Notes: generated by a model not told the origin, from the letters alone. Shown: positions 23,005-36,859, counted from the stretch's first letter. The stretch: DNA of 64,000 bases from a cyanobacterium endosymbiont of Rhopalodia gibba (GCA_045159875.1 CP067995.1:2994179-3058178), one strand, 5' to 3'. Translations and numbers: made by a program.

Positions 23005-23994
23005 ATGTGGACTCTTCTCCATGCTCGCTTACATATAACATTACGACAACGCAATCTATTACCTCAAAAAAAATGTATTTTAATTGCAGTTTCAGGAGGT
23101 CAAGATTCATTATGTTTACTCAAGCTTTTACTTGACTTACAATCAAAATGGACTTGGAAGATTGCGATTGCCCATTGTGATCATGGCTGGAAATATGATA
23201 CTGGAATAGCAGATTTTGTACAACAATTATCTAAAAAATGGGGAATTCCTTTTTATTTAAAAACCGCCTCCCAACTTAAAGAAACTGAATTAGCGGCTAG
23301 AAATTGGCGGTATCAAGCACTAATAGAAATTGCACAGGAAAACGACTTTCCTATAATTGTTACAGGACACACCCAAAGTGATCGTGCTGAAACCTTACTT
23401 TATAATCTTGTTCGTGGTGCAGGAAATGACGGACTAAGTGCTTTAACTTGGCAACGTTTTCTGACAGATGATATAACTTTAGTTCGTCCTTTATTAACTA
23501 TTAATCGTTCGGAAATTTGGGAGTTTTGTCAAAAGTTTGATCTTCCGATCTGGGAAGATCTAGCTAACGAAAATTTAAATTATGCTCGTAATCGTATCCG
23601 AAAAGAATTAATCCCTTATTTTAAAAAAAACTTTAATCCTCAAGTTGAAATAGCTTTAGCTAGAACTGCTGAGATAATAAAGGAAGAAACTGAATATTTA
23701 GAAAGTTGTGCTAAAATAAACTTAGAAAAAGCACTTAATGAAGATGGAACTCAATTAAATCGTCTAATTTTACAGTCAATTCCTCTTGCATTGCAAAGGC
23801 GAGTTATGCGTCGATTTCTTTTAAAGATAAGTCTTAAAAATCCAAACTTTGAGCAGATAGAAGCCTTAACAACTTTAATTAATGCTCCTAGACGATCACG
23901 CATTTCTTCTCTCCCAGGCAATCTGATCGCAGAAGTTCAAGAAAATTGGATAATTTTTACAAAAAAAGAACTGATTCAAAACAGCCATGATTAA
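23005..23994 (+). CDS. tilS: tRNA(Ile)-lysidine synthetase; start moved to ATG 23005 (MWTLLHARLH)
   Basis: IAVSGGQDS PP-loop, HCDH, AARNWRY, TGHTQSDRAET.L.NL.RG and RNRIR; the upstream 41 codons are low-complexity. Confidence 0.95.
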   Translation: MWTLLHARLHITLRQRNLLPQKKCILIAVSGGQDSLCLLKLLLDLQSKWTWKIAIAHCDHGWKYDTGIADFVQQLSKKWGIPFYLKTASQLKETELAARNWRYQALIEIAQENDFPIIVTGHTQSDRAETLLYNLVRGAGNDGLSALTWQRFLTDDITLVRPLLTINRSEIWEFCQKFDLPIWEDLANENLNYARNRIRKELIPYFKKNFNPQVEIALARTAEIIKEETEYLESCAKINLEKALNEDGTQLNRLILQSIPLALQRRVMRRFLLKISLKNPNFEQIEALTTLINAPRRSRISSLPGNLIAEVQENWIIFTKKELIQNSHD

Positions 23995-24059
23995 GATATT
24001 CTATAAAATTTTAGTCTTAATTTAAGAAGAAAACTAGTATCAGTCAGATTTTATTAGTC

Positions 24060-24181
24060 TTTTTATCAAAAAAATATGATAGAAATATTTGAATTAAATT
24101 AATAGATTGGACGTAAAGGTCAATAATGATGTTGTTAAAACAAGGGTAGAGTAATAGTAATAAACTTGGTAAAACTTCTAT
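24060..24181 (-). pseudogene. psaJ: Photosystem I subunit IX (PsaJ) pseudogene
   Basis: AGGAGA RBS, start mutated to ATA, FTKF..., then SLLTFTSNLLI*FKYFYH (cf. ALLTFTAGILIEFNRFYP); directly downstream of the psaF remnant. Confidence 0.8.
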
Positions 24182-24234
24182 GAATAGTTCTCCTAAATAA
24201 TAGGGACGGCTCAACAAGTGCAATGAGTTGTTAA

Positions 24235-24654
24235 TTAACTACGATAAATAGAAATTTTACTGTTGATCGTAGTTAACTCTCCAGTGCTAAATTAACCAAA
24301 AGTAACTACAGACCAAGTAGAGTATCTTAGTGTTTTACTAATGTTACTTCAGTCATTAGTAATGATTCTTTTTATTTCCGTATTTTCCCGATCTCTAATA
24401 TTAATTAAATAAACTCAGCTAACTTAACCGCTTAATCTGGTATTTTAAAAATATACTAGGAATAGTGAGTAAAATTTTTTGCCTAGTTCAAAGTAATCTA
24501 AGGGAATATCCTTCAAGTCCACGTGGTACGCACATGACACTCATCGTGTTTTAACATAACATAGGTCAGCTGATATAAAGTATCTGTGGAGGCGGAAGGG
24601 GTAGAATTGGACTCAAAAGTTACTATTAAAATTAAAGTCAACAATTCTTTTCAT
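24235..24654 (-). pseudogene. psaF: Photosystem I subunit III (PsaF) pseudogene
   Basis: MK.LLTLILIVTF..NSTPSASTD..LT, RGLEGYS (cf. CGPEGYP), IPSIF, YLINIRD, W..., G*FSTGELT...KISIYRS* (cf. GEYTSGKL...EIPTSPR*); stops, frameshifts and an internal deletion; divergent from tsaD. Confidence 0.88.
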
Positions 24655-24810
24655 AAAGAAATGTTTCCTTTTATTAAAAACCTAACTTTTTGCACATGAG
24701 ATGAGAGGATTGACTATGTATTGACAGAATTTTATTTCTGACTAGTTAGTCAAGTGAATAAAGTAAAAAGAATAAAAAAAAAGTAGTCTTTCCTTACGAA
24801 TTAGCAAAAA

Positions 24811-25851
24811 ATGGTGACAGTGTTGGCAATTGAAACAAGTTGTGACGAAACTGCTGTTGCAATTGTAAATGATTGTAATGTTTGGAGTAGTGTAGTGGCC
24901 TCACAAATTCCTCTACATCGCATCTATGGTGGTATTGTGCCTGAAGTGGCTTCCCGCGAACACTTAATAAAAATCAATCTTTGTATTGAACAGGCGTTAG
25001 CCCAATCTCAAATTAATTGGCAAGAAATTGATGGTGTTGCCGCTACTGTCGCCCCAGGATTAGTGGGTGCATTGATGGTAGGAATGACAACAGCTAAAAC
25101 TCTTTCTCTTGTACACCAAAAGCCTTTTGTTGGCGTTCATCACCTCGAAGGACATATTTACGCAACTTACTTAAGTGAATCTACTTGGAAACCCCCATTT
25201 TTATCCTTGTTGGTATCAGGCGGTCACACCAGCTTAATTCGAGTTCAAGATTGTGGAGTTTATGAACAATTAGGTACAACTCGTGATGACGCAGCCGGAG
25301 AAGCATTTGATAAAGTCGCACGCTTGTTAAATTTAGGCTATCCAGGGGGACCAGCTATTGATCATCTTGCTAAAATGGGTAATCCTAAGGCGTTTCTTTT
25401 CCCAGAAGGACGGATTTCTTTACCAGAAGGTGGCTATCATCCTTATGATTCTAGTTTTAGCGGTTTGAAAACAGCAGTATTACGGTTAGTTCAAAAATTA
25501 GAAAAGGAAGATAATGGACCATTGCCTGTAGCTGATATAGCAGCCAGTTTTCAGGAAACTGTAGCACGCTCACTCACTAAAAAAACTATTGCCTGTGCTT
25601 TAGATTATGGTCTTCATTCTATTGCTGTTGGGGGAGGCGTTGCGGCTAATAGTGAACTGAGAAAACAGTTACAAGCCTTGGGAGCTAAACATAATTTGAA
25701 AATTCATTTTCCACCTCTAAGATTATGTACTGACAATGCTGCAATGATTGGTTGCGCTGCAGCTGCTCATCTTTCCCGAGGACACACTTCTTCTTTGACT
25801 TTGAATGTAACTTCTCAATTGTCTATTACTGAAGTTATGCAACTTTATTGA
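24811..25851 (+). CDS. tsaD: tRNA N6-threonylcarbamoyladenosine synthase TsaD
   Basis: LAIETSCDETA, HHLEGH, LLVSGGHT, DDAAGEAFDK and CTDNAAMI. Confidence 0.98.
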   Translation: MVTVLAIETSCDETAVAIVNDCNVWSSVVASQIPLHRIYGGIVPEVASREHLIKINLCIEQALAQSQINWQEIDGVAATVAPGLVGALMVGMTTAKTLSLVHQKPFVGVHHLEGHIYATYLSESTWKPPFLSLLVSGGHTSLIRVQDCGVYEQLGTTRDDAAGEAFDKVARLLNLGYPGGPAIDHLAKMGNPKAFLFPEGRISLPEGGYHPYDSSFSGLKTAVLRLVQKLEKEDNGPLPVADIAASFQETVARSLTKKTIACALDYGLHSIAVGGGVAANSELRKQLQALGAKHNLKIHFPPLRLCTDNAAMIGCAAAAHLSRGHTSSLTLNVTSQLSITEVMQLY

Positions 25852-27703
25852 TTGATAGTTAATAATTATTGAATTGTGTTTAAGACCTTTTGATTTACCA
25901 GGAAATAAGAAACTTTTAAGTAAATATTATTAGCTACAAGTTGATATAGAAAATTTTTACAAATAGTAACATGACAATATTAGTCTATAACAACAGTAGT
26001 AGATATACTAACTAATCATGTATTTATAGCTTAATAAATGATTTTTATTGATGGCTTAGTTGAGTTTTTAAAGAATAAAAAACTATTGAATTTGTAGATG
26101 TCTTTTAATTTTTAAATGACAGTCTTTAATAAAATTTATGCCAGAAGAATAAGAAGGAAAAAATGTGATCTGAAACTCTATATATTTCATGAGTTTCCTG
26201 ACTTATATTACTTTATAAGCTAATAAATTATTTATGACTACACAAGCCCTTAGCTAGAGCTATTGTATTAGCATTTCTATTTCATACTTGAGCAGAAATT
26301 ATTTATTTGTCCATCGTTCAAAAGTCAAAGAAAGCAAAAAAATTAACGTAGTAGACAGCTCAGGTAAACATAATATTTGTTGCTCGATTATTGGGACAAT
26401 CTACATGAACTAGTTTTTCTTTAGTCACTCGGCAAAGTTATGAAACACAGCTAGCTTAAACCCGATTGAGTTAATGAAAACTAGGTCTAAAAGTTTTAGT
26501 TGACTAAGTTCAAATATTTTTATTTTTGAGTTTAAAACTCATTGTGTGTAAGTTACCAACGTATAAAATATTTTTTCAGATTAAGTTAAGTTTTTGAACG
26601 AAACGACACATAGTAAAAATACTAGCTATAATACTTTATTTTTTCTGATAAGCCAATACTTATTTTTTGTAGAATAGCATCGTTATTTTTCCTCCTAATT
26701 ATTCGATAGGATTAAGAATGTATTGAATTTGAAAAGAGTTTGATTAAATATATGAAAGTGATTATATACTTTTAGTTGTGTAAGAAATTCTAAGACAACG
26801 ATTGATAAAACTATGTTCAACTTAAGGTTTAGTTAATTCATCTTATTTTTAGTTTTTCTAATTTTAGAAATAAAATTCACAGAGTACGGCTTCATCTTTT
26901 GGGGTAACTAGTATTTTTATATTGTTTAAATAAATCTATCTAAATAAAAGCTGCTATTAGTTAAGTCAACAAAATATTTAATTTAATATTAAAGTTATAA
27001 AGTATTGATTGTAAAAGATATTTTTAAGAAAAATCATGAGTAATCTCTTAGTTATCAGTAATATAAAATCTGAATTAACGTAGTCTTTGTAAAATTCAAT
27101 AATTTTGTTATTATTATTAATAATTGACTTAATTATTAATAATAATTATTTTCAATAAAAATACTAACAATAAATAGTAAAAGTATTGTCTGAAAATAGC
27201 AAAAAGTAGAGTTATCTATTAAGATAATAAATAAAAAAATTTTTTGATTAACTCATATCAGTACTTATTCAAGTAAAAAAATTGACATAATAGTTTAAAT
27301 TTTAAACCCCTAAATAATAGGTTACAAAAACAACTAATCACGCTAACTTTTATTTCATTTATTTTTAGATTTTAAAAATTTTATAGGGTTTCTTAATAAA
27401 AAAAATTGAATATTTTTTTAGTAGTCGATTTTTGGTTTTTAAATATTTCAAAAATTAAATTATACCTTAAGCAGTAAATAGATTGTAGTCATTTATATTA
27501 TCTTTAATCAACCTAAAAATTAATAATTTACTATAGTAGTTTTAAATTAGATTTAATTTAAATTTATAATTTTATTTTACAAAATTTTAGTTTCGCTCAA
27601 CTAAATCTTAAAAAAATTAATACGCTTTACTGCGAGGCTAATAAAAAACTTTTATCAGAGTAAAATTAATAAAACTAATTACAGTAATTAATATTTTTTT
27701 ATA

Positions 27704-27744
27704 TTCAATTAATATTTTTTGTCATAAAAAAAATATTAATTGAA
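27704..27744. repeat. Perfect 17-bp inverted repeat (AT-rich)
   Basis: TTCAATTAATATTTTTT / AAAAAATATTAATTGAA. Confidence 0.8.
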
Positions 27745-28999
27745 AGCTAAGATAATAATATTATTTAAATTTTTTATGAAAAATATTTATTTAATAAATA
27801 AATTAGATAATATTTGATATCTATAGCACTAAATTTTAATCAATAAATCTTACGATTTATATTATTTTTTATTAAAATTTAAATATTTAAATATGTTTTT
27901 AATTTCAATTAATTTAATTTAACTATTTTCCTGTATTGATAGATATTTAAGTCCATTAGTTTAATTAATAGTAAATCAATGAACTTAACTGAGTATTAGC
28001 CTTTATTAAAATAACTGTTGACAGAAAGAAACCATCTTATCTAAAAAATAATATCTATGTTATTAATAAACGAAGATAGTGACATAATCTTATTCTCTAT
28101 AGTCTTTCACGATATAGGTTTATTAAAATAACACTTATAATGGAACCTGCTAACAAAAAACAGTTGCGAATAGTAGTATAAATTCTAATAGATTAGACTA
28201 ACAGAAAATTACCCCATTTACTAATAGAAGACTTGTCAAAAAAAATGGTAGTTTTAGTAAAAAAAATTTAATAAAAAATATCAGATTACAGCAACTAATA
28301 CAGTTATTCTATTTTTTATTCTTTTCACGCCAATTAAGAGTAAAATTCTTGTAAAGAAATACTAAGACAGATAGAACAACTTTACTCTAGCCAAGGGACT
28401 AGAACTATTGCCAAAGAAAATAAGAAAATAAAAAAATAATAGTTACTATCTATATTTTTATGATAGTAGATCTGTCACGGTAAGATAAAAATAGAATTAT
28501 CTTAAGAAGAGCTTAGAAAAAAAATTTCTTCTAAGGTCATTAACTCAAGGATAACAGTTACCCAAACTCCTATATTTAGACTAAGAAGTAGTCAATTAAT
28601 CATATATATTAAAGTTAATAAAGTTTCATATAGATAAGAGCCCTTAACTGAATAGCCAAATAAGAGAAAATTTATGTCTAAATTTAGTTTTTTGCTTAAG
28701 CAAGAATTAAGAAAACTAAATTTAAAGTTCTTAAGAAGAGACTGATTAAACTACTCTTAGTTTAAGTGATTTCTAGGGCAATACAAGAAATATTTTGACC
28801 CGAATGAATATAATCTAACTTCAAATAATTGAATAGAGACAAAAAAGATTACCAGAATTATTTTTACTTTTAAATAGTTAAGTTATTGATATTATTAAAA
28901 ACAATGTCGTTATTCTTAATAAATAAATAACCAGAAAAAGTTTTCCCTAATGCAAAACTCTTGAGAGCTACAAAGTCTATGGGAACTAGCGATATGGTT

Positions 29000-29039
29000 A
29001 CGACAGACAATGCTTGACTACTCAAGCATTGTCTGTCGT
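29000..29039. repeat. Perfect 18-bp inverted repeat, 4-nt spacer
   Basis: ACGACAGACAATGCTTGA-ctac-TCAAGCATTGTCTGTCGT. Confidence 0.95.
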
Positions 29040-29294
29040 GAAAAATCCATTAACTTCCTACCTTAAATTCTAAGGTGTGTAACGAAAGAATGTTATATTG
29101 AGCGATTGTTAGGAATTTTTCCTGCTGACTAGTGATTAACACTCCTGAAGAAATCACTACCATCAAAACTCTCAATAATATAAGTTTAATCTGACTTTTA
29201 ACAAGTTAGACAAAAATAGTTAACTAATTACTTTAATTAAGCTAATCTTAGTCAACTAATTACCTAAAAATGATATTTTTACAACAATGAGTAA

Positions 29295-29582
29295 TTAATA
29301 AAGGGTATCTTTTATACTTTGTTCTATGATGTATGTTTTTTGTAACAACTGCTCCAATCTAGCAACAGAAATACGGGGGGAAGGACGGGGAATTATTTTT
29401 TCAGTTCCCCCCCATTCTTGAGACAAAACAGGAATTTCATATTGATAAGTTTCGAACCAATCTTCACGAGTTGTAATATCTCTGATTTCTACGTTGATAT
29501 TTAGAGTTTTAATCTGTTCTAATTTTTCTTGTAGTCTTTCACATAAATGACAACTAGGTTTACTGTAAAGAATTAATTGCAT
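29295..29582 (-). CDS. Glutaredoxin-like protein (DUF836 type)
   Basis: LILYSKPSCHLC, RDIT..DWF..YQYEIPVL. Confidence 0.85.
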   Translation of the reverse strand: MQLILYSKPSCHLCERLQEKLEQIKTLNINVEIRDITTREDWFETYQYEIPVLSQEWGGTEKIIPRPSPRISVARLEQLLQKTYIIEQSIKDTLY

Positions 29583-30546
29583 AATATTTATAGATAGAAT
29601 GTATTGTTCTGGATAACTTAATAAATCCCATTAAAAGTTAACTATCATCTAGATTACCTTAAAATGAATTATTTATGCTATTGTCTAGACGAACTTCAAA
29701 TTCATCGTTTCCAACTGCATAAGAAAAAGATAGCTATGAGGAGGAATGGAGACAATTCAACTCAATAATTATAATTTGCAATTATGATTTGTACTAAAAA
29801 ACAATTAGGGCAGTATAGAGAAAACAAAAAAATCAGAGCTTTTTACTTCTTATAAATAAGTAATGATATGTTTAACTCATAGCTAGATCCAGCAAATAGG
29901 GTAAAAAATTATGCGGCAATTACTAATAAGTAAAGAAAATACAGTTAAATTGATGATGAACGATAATTTAAGCTCCCTTGAGTAAAATCTTAATATTATT
30001 TCAATAAATGTCTTAAGCACCTAAATATCTAGATTTAAACAAAATTGAGAATTAGTGGACTGTTATAAACACTTGACTTAAACAAATATTACCCGTGCTT
30101 GAAATAGTCAAGGAATGTGTAGATCTTTTTTAAGAAACTATCCTAACGTTTGTATATCATATTCATAATATCTCAGTCTTTTACAACTATTCTCTTTTTC
30201 TTGTCCGAGATATATTTTAGTGTTTGTTCTTTGCAAAGTATTACTCTTGACTTTGTTTTGGTTTTTAAGACTTTGTTATCTCTAAGAAAAAAAATAGGGT
30301 TTTGAGCGCTAAGGAATTTACTTAAAACCGCTGTATGTACAAATAGTAAATTTATGACTTTTGTTCGAGTAAAATCTATAGAATGGAAAACCGACGAGGA
30401 GCGATGTTATCAAAAGGCCTAAATCTTGACAATCTATAATAGACACTTTTATCGGTAAAAACGGGCTATTTTTTTGATAAGTTAGCAAATCAACTGGTTA
30501 AAAGCCAACTAATTGAATAATCTTAACTTGACAGAAACTTCTTTGA

Positions 30547-31938
<1,392 letters not shown>

Positions 31939-31973
31939 CAATCAACAATTGTGTTTTAGGGAGTAATTATCTT

Positions 31974-32282
31974 ATGTCTCTTAGTATTGAATGTCAAAAA
32001 AGACCTGAAGGCAGTAAGCCTAATGCCCTGCGTCGCGAAGGATTAATTCCTAGCAGTTTATATGGGCATGATGGGGCAAACTCTGTGTCCTTAGTCGTTA
32101 ATGCGAAGGAAGCAGTTAACCTCTTAAGAAAGGTTTCCGTTAATGAGACCATCATCGAAGTTCAGATACCCGATCTATCTTGGACAGGCAAAGTTTTAAT
32201 TAGGGAAGTACAAGCTCATCCTTGGAAAAGAACAGTTTTACATTTGAGCTTCTTTCATGTAGCTGATGCTGAAGCAGCCTAA
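31974..32282 (+). CDS. rplY: 50S ribosomal protein L25 (short form)
   Basis: ALRREGLIP..LYGH and REVQ.HPWK..LHLSF; follows purA. Confidence 0.93.
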   Translation: MSLSIECQKRPEGSKPNALRREGLIPSSLYGHDGANSVSLVVNAKEAVNLLRKVSVNETIIEVQIPDLSWTGKVLIREVQAHPWKRTVLHLSFFHVADAEAA

Positions 32283-32327
32283 TGGTTTGACCTCTTCATC
32301 CCCTCAGTATAAACATATTAATCAATA

Positions 32328-32361
32328 TCCCCGTTAATCTACTAAGACGACGGGGAGTTTT
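32328..32361. terminator. Probable terminator between converging rplY and ribH
   Basis: TCCCCGT ... ACGGGGA followed by GTTTT. Confidence 0.5.
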
Positions 32362-32400
32362 GACTTTCTAAAGTATCAGTTAATTGGTCAGTCTTGAAAA

Positions 32401-32994
32401 TTATTCTAGTTGTTCTGAAATTTCTGAGAAAGACTCATTAATCATCGGGTGACTATGTGAAGCAACTGGTAATTTAGAGGGATTATCACCTTGATACGTT
32501 GATGCTCGTACTTCTTGGTGAATTTTTGCCATTAAACTAGCCATTTCCAAGGCATTAAGAGCATAATTCCAGCCCAAATTGCTTTTAATTCCAGCTCTTT
32601 CTAAAGCTTGTTGCATAGTGTCAGTGGTTAGAACTCCAAAAATTACCGGAATGCCTGTTTGAAAGCCTACTGCTGCGATCCCTTTCGCAACTTCTGCAGC
32701 CACATAATCAAAGTGAGGAGTATGTCCTCGAATCACAGCCCCCAAACAAATGATGGCATTGTAACGATGAGACAGAGCTAGTTGACGAGCTACCAAAGAG
32801 ATTTCAAAACTCCCTGGGACCCAAATATAATCAACCTGAGTGCTGTCAGGCTCAACATTGATGCCGTGCCGTTTTAAACAATCTTGACAACCTGATAGAA
32901 GTTTTTCGGTCACTAGTTCATTAAAACGACCAATAACGACGGCAAAGCGTAAGGTAGATAGAGCTTGAGTAAAAGTTCCCTCGAATGTTGTCAT
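32401..32994 (-). CDS. ribH: 6,7-dimethyl-8-ribityllumazine synthase
   Basis: [28 protein letters not shown] and [15 protein letters not shown]. Confidence 0.98.
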   Translation of the reverse strand: MTTFEGTFTQALSTLRFAVVIGRFNELVTEKLLSGCQDCLKRHGINVEPDSTQVDYIWVPGSFEISLVARQLALSHRYNAIICLGAVIRGHTPHFDYVAAEVAKGIAAVGFQTGIPVIFGVLTTDTMQQALERAGIKSNLGWNYALNALEMASLMAKIHQEVRASTYQGDNPSKLPVASHSHPMINESFSEISEQLE

Positions 32995-33147
32995 GATATT
33001 TAGTTGAGTAGGTCGGTGTAAGGGTTATTTCTTATCTGTAGAGGTCAACAGATGTTGACTTCTACATCAGTTATTAGTTTATCCATGATTGACAGTTAAT
33101 GTCCCTATCTGTAATTTCTACTGTCAGTGAGGACATTTGTATTGTAT

Positions 33148-33334
33148 TTAAAAATCAATTTAAAATCTCTATAATGATAATGTGGACAGTTTAAATAACA
33201 GATTCAATATTTAAGGTAAAGATTTAGAGTAATATTAAATTTTGGAAAAAGGCATAGGCTACTGGGATACCAAAAACCATGATAAAGGAAAAGAGGACTA
33301 GAGTTGACAAAGTAATTTGTAAAACGATAGACTT
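33148..33334 (-). pseudogene. psbZ: Photosystem II PsbZ pseudogene
   Basis: Start ATG>AAG, then SIVLQITLSTLVLFSFIMVFGIPVAYAFFQN (cf. [32 protein letters not shown]), later stops; upstream of ribH as in the conserved psbZ-ribH pair. Confidence 0.92.
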
Positions 33335-35899
33335 TGTAAAAGTTTTCCTAGAGTTATCCTAAGTAGAGTTGGTTGCTAGTAAATAAAACAGCCTAAGCTA
33401 TCAGGCTGTTAGAGCTGATTTATTAGTAAGCTATTAAAGATCAGAATATTCATGGCTTCCCTATTTATATTCATCTGAATCTTTGAGAGGTTCTTATACC
33501 AAACAATGCTGGATAAATATATAGAAGTTAAATCAAGGTAAAAAATCATTATTACTCTGGCTGTAAATATATATATAATAATTCATTAGCAGTAATTTAC
33601 TGAATAAATGAGAAATATTTAGTAATTTAATTTATTTTTTAGAGAATTGACTTCTCTATAGCTATAATATAACTCATCTTCTATTAAATACTGTTTCTTA
33701 TCTTATTACGTTCTCAGAGAGAAAAACATAAAATTCAACTTTATTAAGTTTTAGGAGAGTAATTTAATTAATAAAATTTTAAAAACATAAAAATCTAAAT
33801 AGGAATCGTGTAAAACTAACTAATAAAATACTAAATCAATAAATCTTAGATTTAATAAAATAGTAGATTTTTGAACCGCTAAATTTATAAATTTTTTATT
33901 TTTATTAATTTCAGTTTTTTATTGAAATATTCTACTATTTTTTAATCTATTTTTGAGATAAAATAGACAATATCTTATCTAATTAAATACTTGTCCTAAT
34001 TTTTTTTTTACTATAAATATACTTTTAATATTGATTAGTTATTCTTAACAGCTTTGATATCTAGATCTAGGTTTACTTAAAGACATTCTAAATATGTTAG
34101 GTTATTTAACTTTGATATTTTTTTTACTAATTAATTTTTAAAGCTTTTTAGCTTCTTAAATAAGAAGCTAATTGAGTCTTAACTTATTTCATAATAATAA
34201 ATATATCTGTTGCTACTTAAGTTTGCAAAATTAATTTATTTATAATTTAATCATATAATTTTTAATTTTTGAAAAAAATTTAATTATAAATATTAACTTT
34301 TTTGTTTGATTAAGCTTTTATTTTTTCTATAATTTCATATTAATTTTTTATCTAAATTTACTTACATTAAATAATATTTTTATGCGCAATCTTAAGCTAT
34401 TAAGATATATAAAATAATTTTATATATAGTTATTAATATAAATTTTTAATTATATATTTTTATTTTTAATTTTCTATAAATTTATTTGTAAATATTTTTT
34501 TATATAAAGACAATTAACAGAAAACCTTCTATACTTAAAGTTATTTTTTTATAGTAATTTTGTTATTTTAATAAAATTTTCTATTGATTAAGCTACAATA
34601 AAGACAAGTTGCTGTTGAATCTATTTACAGTAGATAAAAATATTAAGTTTAAAATTATTTAATTTAAATACAAAACTTACTATTATATCGTCTGTATTGT
34701 AGTTACTACTTTTGGAAAGAGCATTAATAAAAATTAATTTTTATTTTTATAAAATTTAATTTCATATCAAAGAGATAAAAACAAAGAAGTTAAATAAAAA
34801 TCTAATGCAGAACATATCATTTTATTATTAAGTAATAGATTTACTCGATACTATTTTAGTAACTTAGAAAGCTATACTTTTTAGATTCTAGCTAAAAAAT
34901 AAAACTTTAAAGTCTCTTAATCGGAAAACTTTAGTTAAAAGTAAAACTATTTAATTTTATAAATCAGTTAAATATTAACTATTATAAATACTTAATTGTT
35001 TAAGATAATAGAGTAATTTGCTTGAAAATTACTCTATTGTTATTATTTGTCAATTAGTAATATTGTAGTAACTTTACTGTAATAATTTGGTTAAAAAAAT
35101 ATTTTCTGTCAATTTTTACTTTAAAATGTCAAGATTATTTTTAAATTTTTAAGAAAATCAATTAACTGTATCTGTCTTATAGGCTCGAAGGGTTATTTTA
35201 AAAAATACATCTGGATAAACTTATTTCATTGATTATATCTACTTTTATACAAAAAAAATCTAAATAAAAATAATATTTATAAAAAATTATATGACTCAAA
35301 ATATGAGTTTACTTAAAAAAAATAAGTATCTAAAAAGCAAACATTATATTTACTCAACAAGATAGTATTTTCTTTTGAAAGGATCTTAAAAACGGAATAT
35401 CAAAATCAGTATGTTTGCTATAGCAATAAATTGCAATTATAGTAAGAAAATTTTCGATGAATCTAATTAATTAGAAGAAGAGGAGATATCGTATTTATAA
35501 TATTTTTTTTAGAAGGAAGTTTTACGAACTAAAGCTAAATATGTTTTTCTGACAAGAACTACTATTTTTACTAATGATAAATTGCTAAAAAAAATAGCTG
35601 AAAAAAATTAGCTTTTTTCCGTCCACTTAAATTCTCTATTGACTAAGTTAAATTATCTGAGGATAGTTAAGTATCCTTTAGGTGTAATGAGAATTACTTG
35701 TTGTTTCACCTATTTATTAATATCTGCCTTAGATCAAAGTTATAGGAATAATTTTTTAAATTTGCGAATATTGAAACATTAGCATAAGATATTTAATGAT
35801 TTTTTTTTGTTAATGACATTAAAGATACCTCGGAATTAATTTAGAAATTTGCTATGTATAATAGTACATATTATGCGTTATGTTACTACAGCTTAGCCC

Positions 35900-36424
35900 A
35901 TGTCTGATCTATATATTTCTTGGACGGAATATCATAAATATATTGAAACTTTAATAGTTCATATCCATCAATCTCAATGGAAATTTGACCAAATAGTTTG
36001 TTTAGCTAAAGGAGGGTTAAGAATTGGGGACATTCTTTGTCGTCTTTATAAAAAGCCTTTGGCTATTCTCTATGTTAGTTCATACCTAGATAAAAACAAT
36101 CAAACACGAGGAAAAATTAAAATGTCTAATCACTTAGCCATGATAGGAGAATCATTAGGACATCGGATATTATTAGTCGACGATTTAGTCGATTCTGGTA
36201 TGAGTCTTCAAGAAGGGACTCAATGGTTACATAACTATGATTGTAATCAAAAGATAATTGAAATTCGCTCTGCTGTCCTCTGGTACAAAAGTTGTTCTGC
36301 CGTTAAACCTGATTACTATGTAGAATATTTAGAAAATAATCCTTGGATTCATCAACCTTTTGAATTTTATGAACAAATAACTCCTGAAACTGTTGCCAAC
36401 AGTTTCAGGAGTTATTTGTATTAG
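35900..36424 (+). CDS. Type I phosphoribosyltransferase (Gpt/Hpt-like)
   Basis: LAKGGLRIG, PRPP-binding ILLVDDLVDSG and PWIHQPFE. Confidence 0.9.
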   Translation: MSDLYISWTEYHKYIETLIVHIHQSQWKFDQIVCLAKGGLRIGDILCRLYKKPLAILYVSSYLDKNNQTRGKIKMSNHLAMIGESLGHRILLVDDLVDSGMSLQEGTQWLHNYDCNQKIIEIRSAVLWYKSCSAVKPDYYVEYLENNPWIHQPFEFYEQITPETVANSFRSYLY

Positions 36425-36550
36425 ACTAGAATATTAGGGTGTTTATCTTAATAAATGTATTCTATACTTACTACTTTGAAAGTTACAAATTAAGTCCCTG
36501 GTTCAAGAAATAACCTTCACGAAAAAACTATAGAGTCATCAGTTATACAA

Positions 36551-36859
36551 ATGAATAATGAAAATCATTATCATGGGATACGTTCTCATGTCCATAGCAA
36601 CGAATCGTTAAAGAAAATCTACAACCGCCTTTTTCGTATTGAAGGACATATTAGAGGAGTAAAAACAATGTTAACGGAGAATCGTCCCTGTCCGGAAATT
36701 TTAATCCAATTGGCAGCAGTTAGAGGAGCAATTGATCGAGTATCTCGGTCGATTTTAGATGAACATCTAAGTGAATGTGTGGCACGTGCGGCACAAGAAG
36801 GTAATATCAATGAAGAAATTGAAGAATTAAAAGCAGCTTTAGATAAATTTTTGCCTTAA
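36551..36859 (+). CDS. CsoR/RcnR-family metal-sensing repressor (InrS-like)
   Basis: His-rich N-terminus, NRL.RIEGHIRGV, RPCPEILIQLAAVRGA and LDEHLSEC. Confidence 0.9.
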   Translation: MNNENHYHGIRSHVHSNESLKKIYNRLFRIEGHIRGVKTMLTENRPCPEILIQLAAVRGAIDRVSRSILDEHLSECVARAAQEGNINEEIEELKAALDKFLP

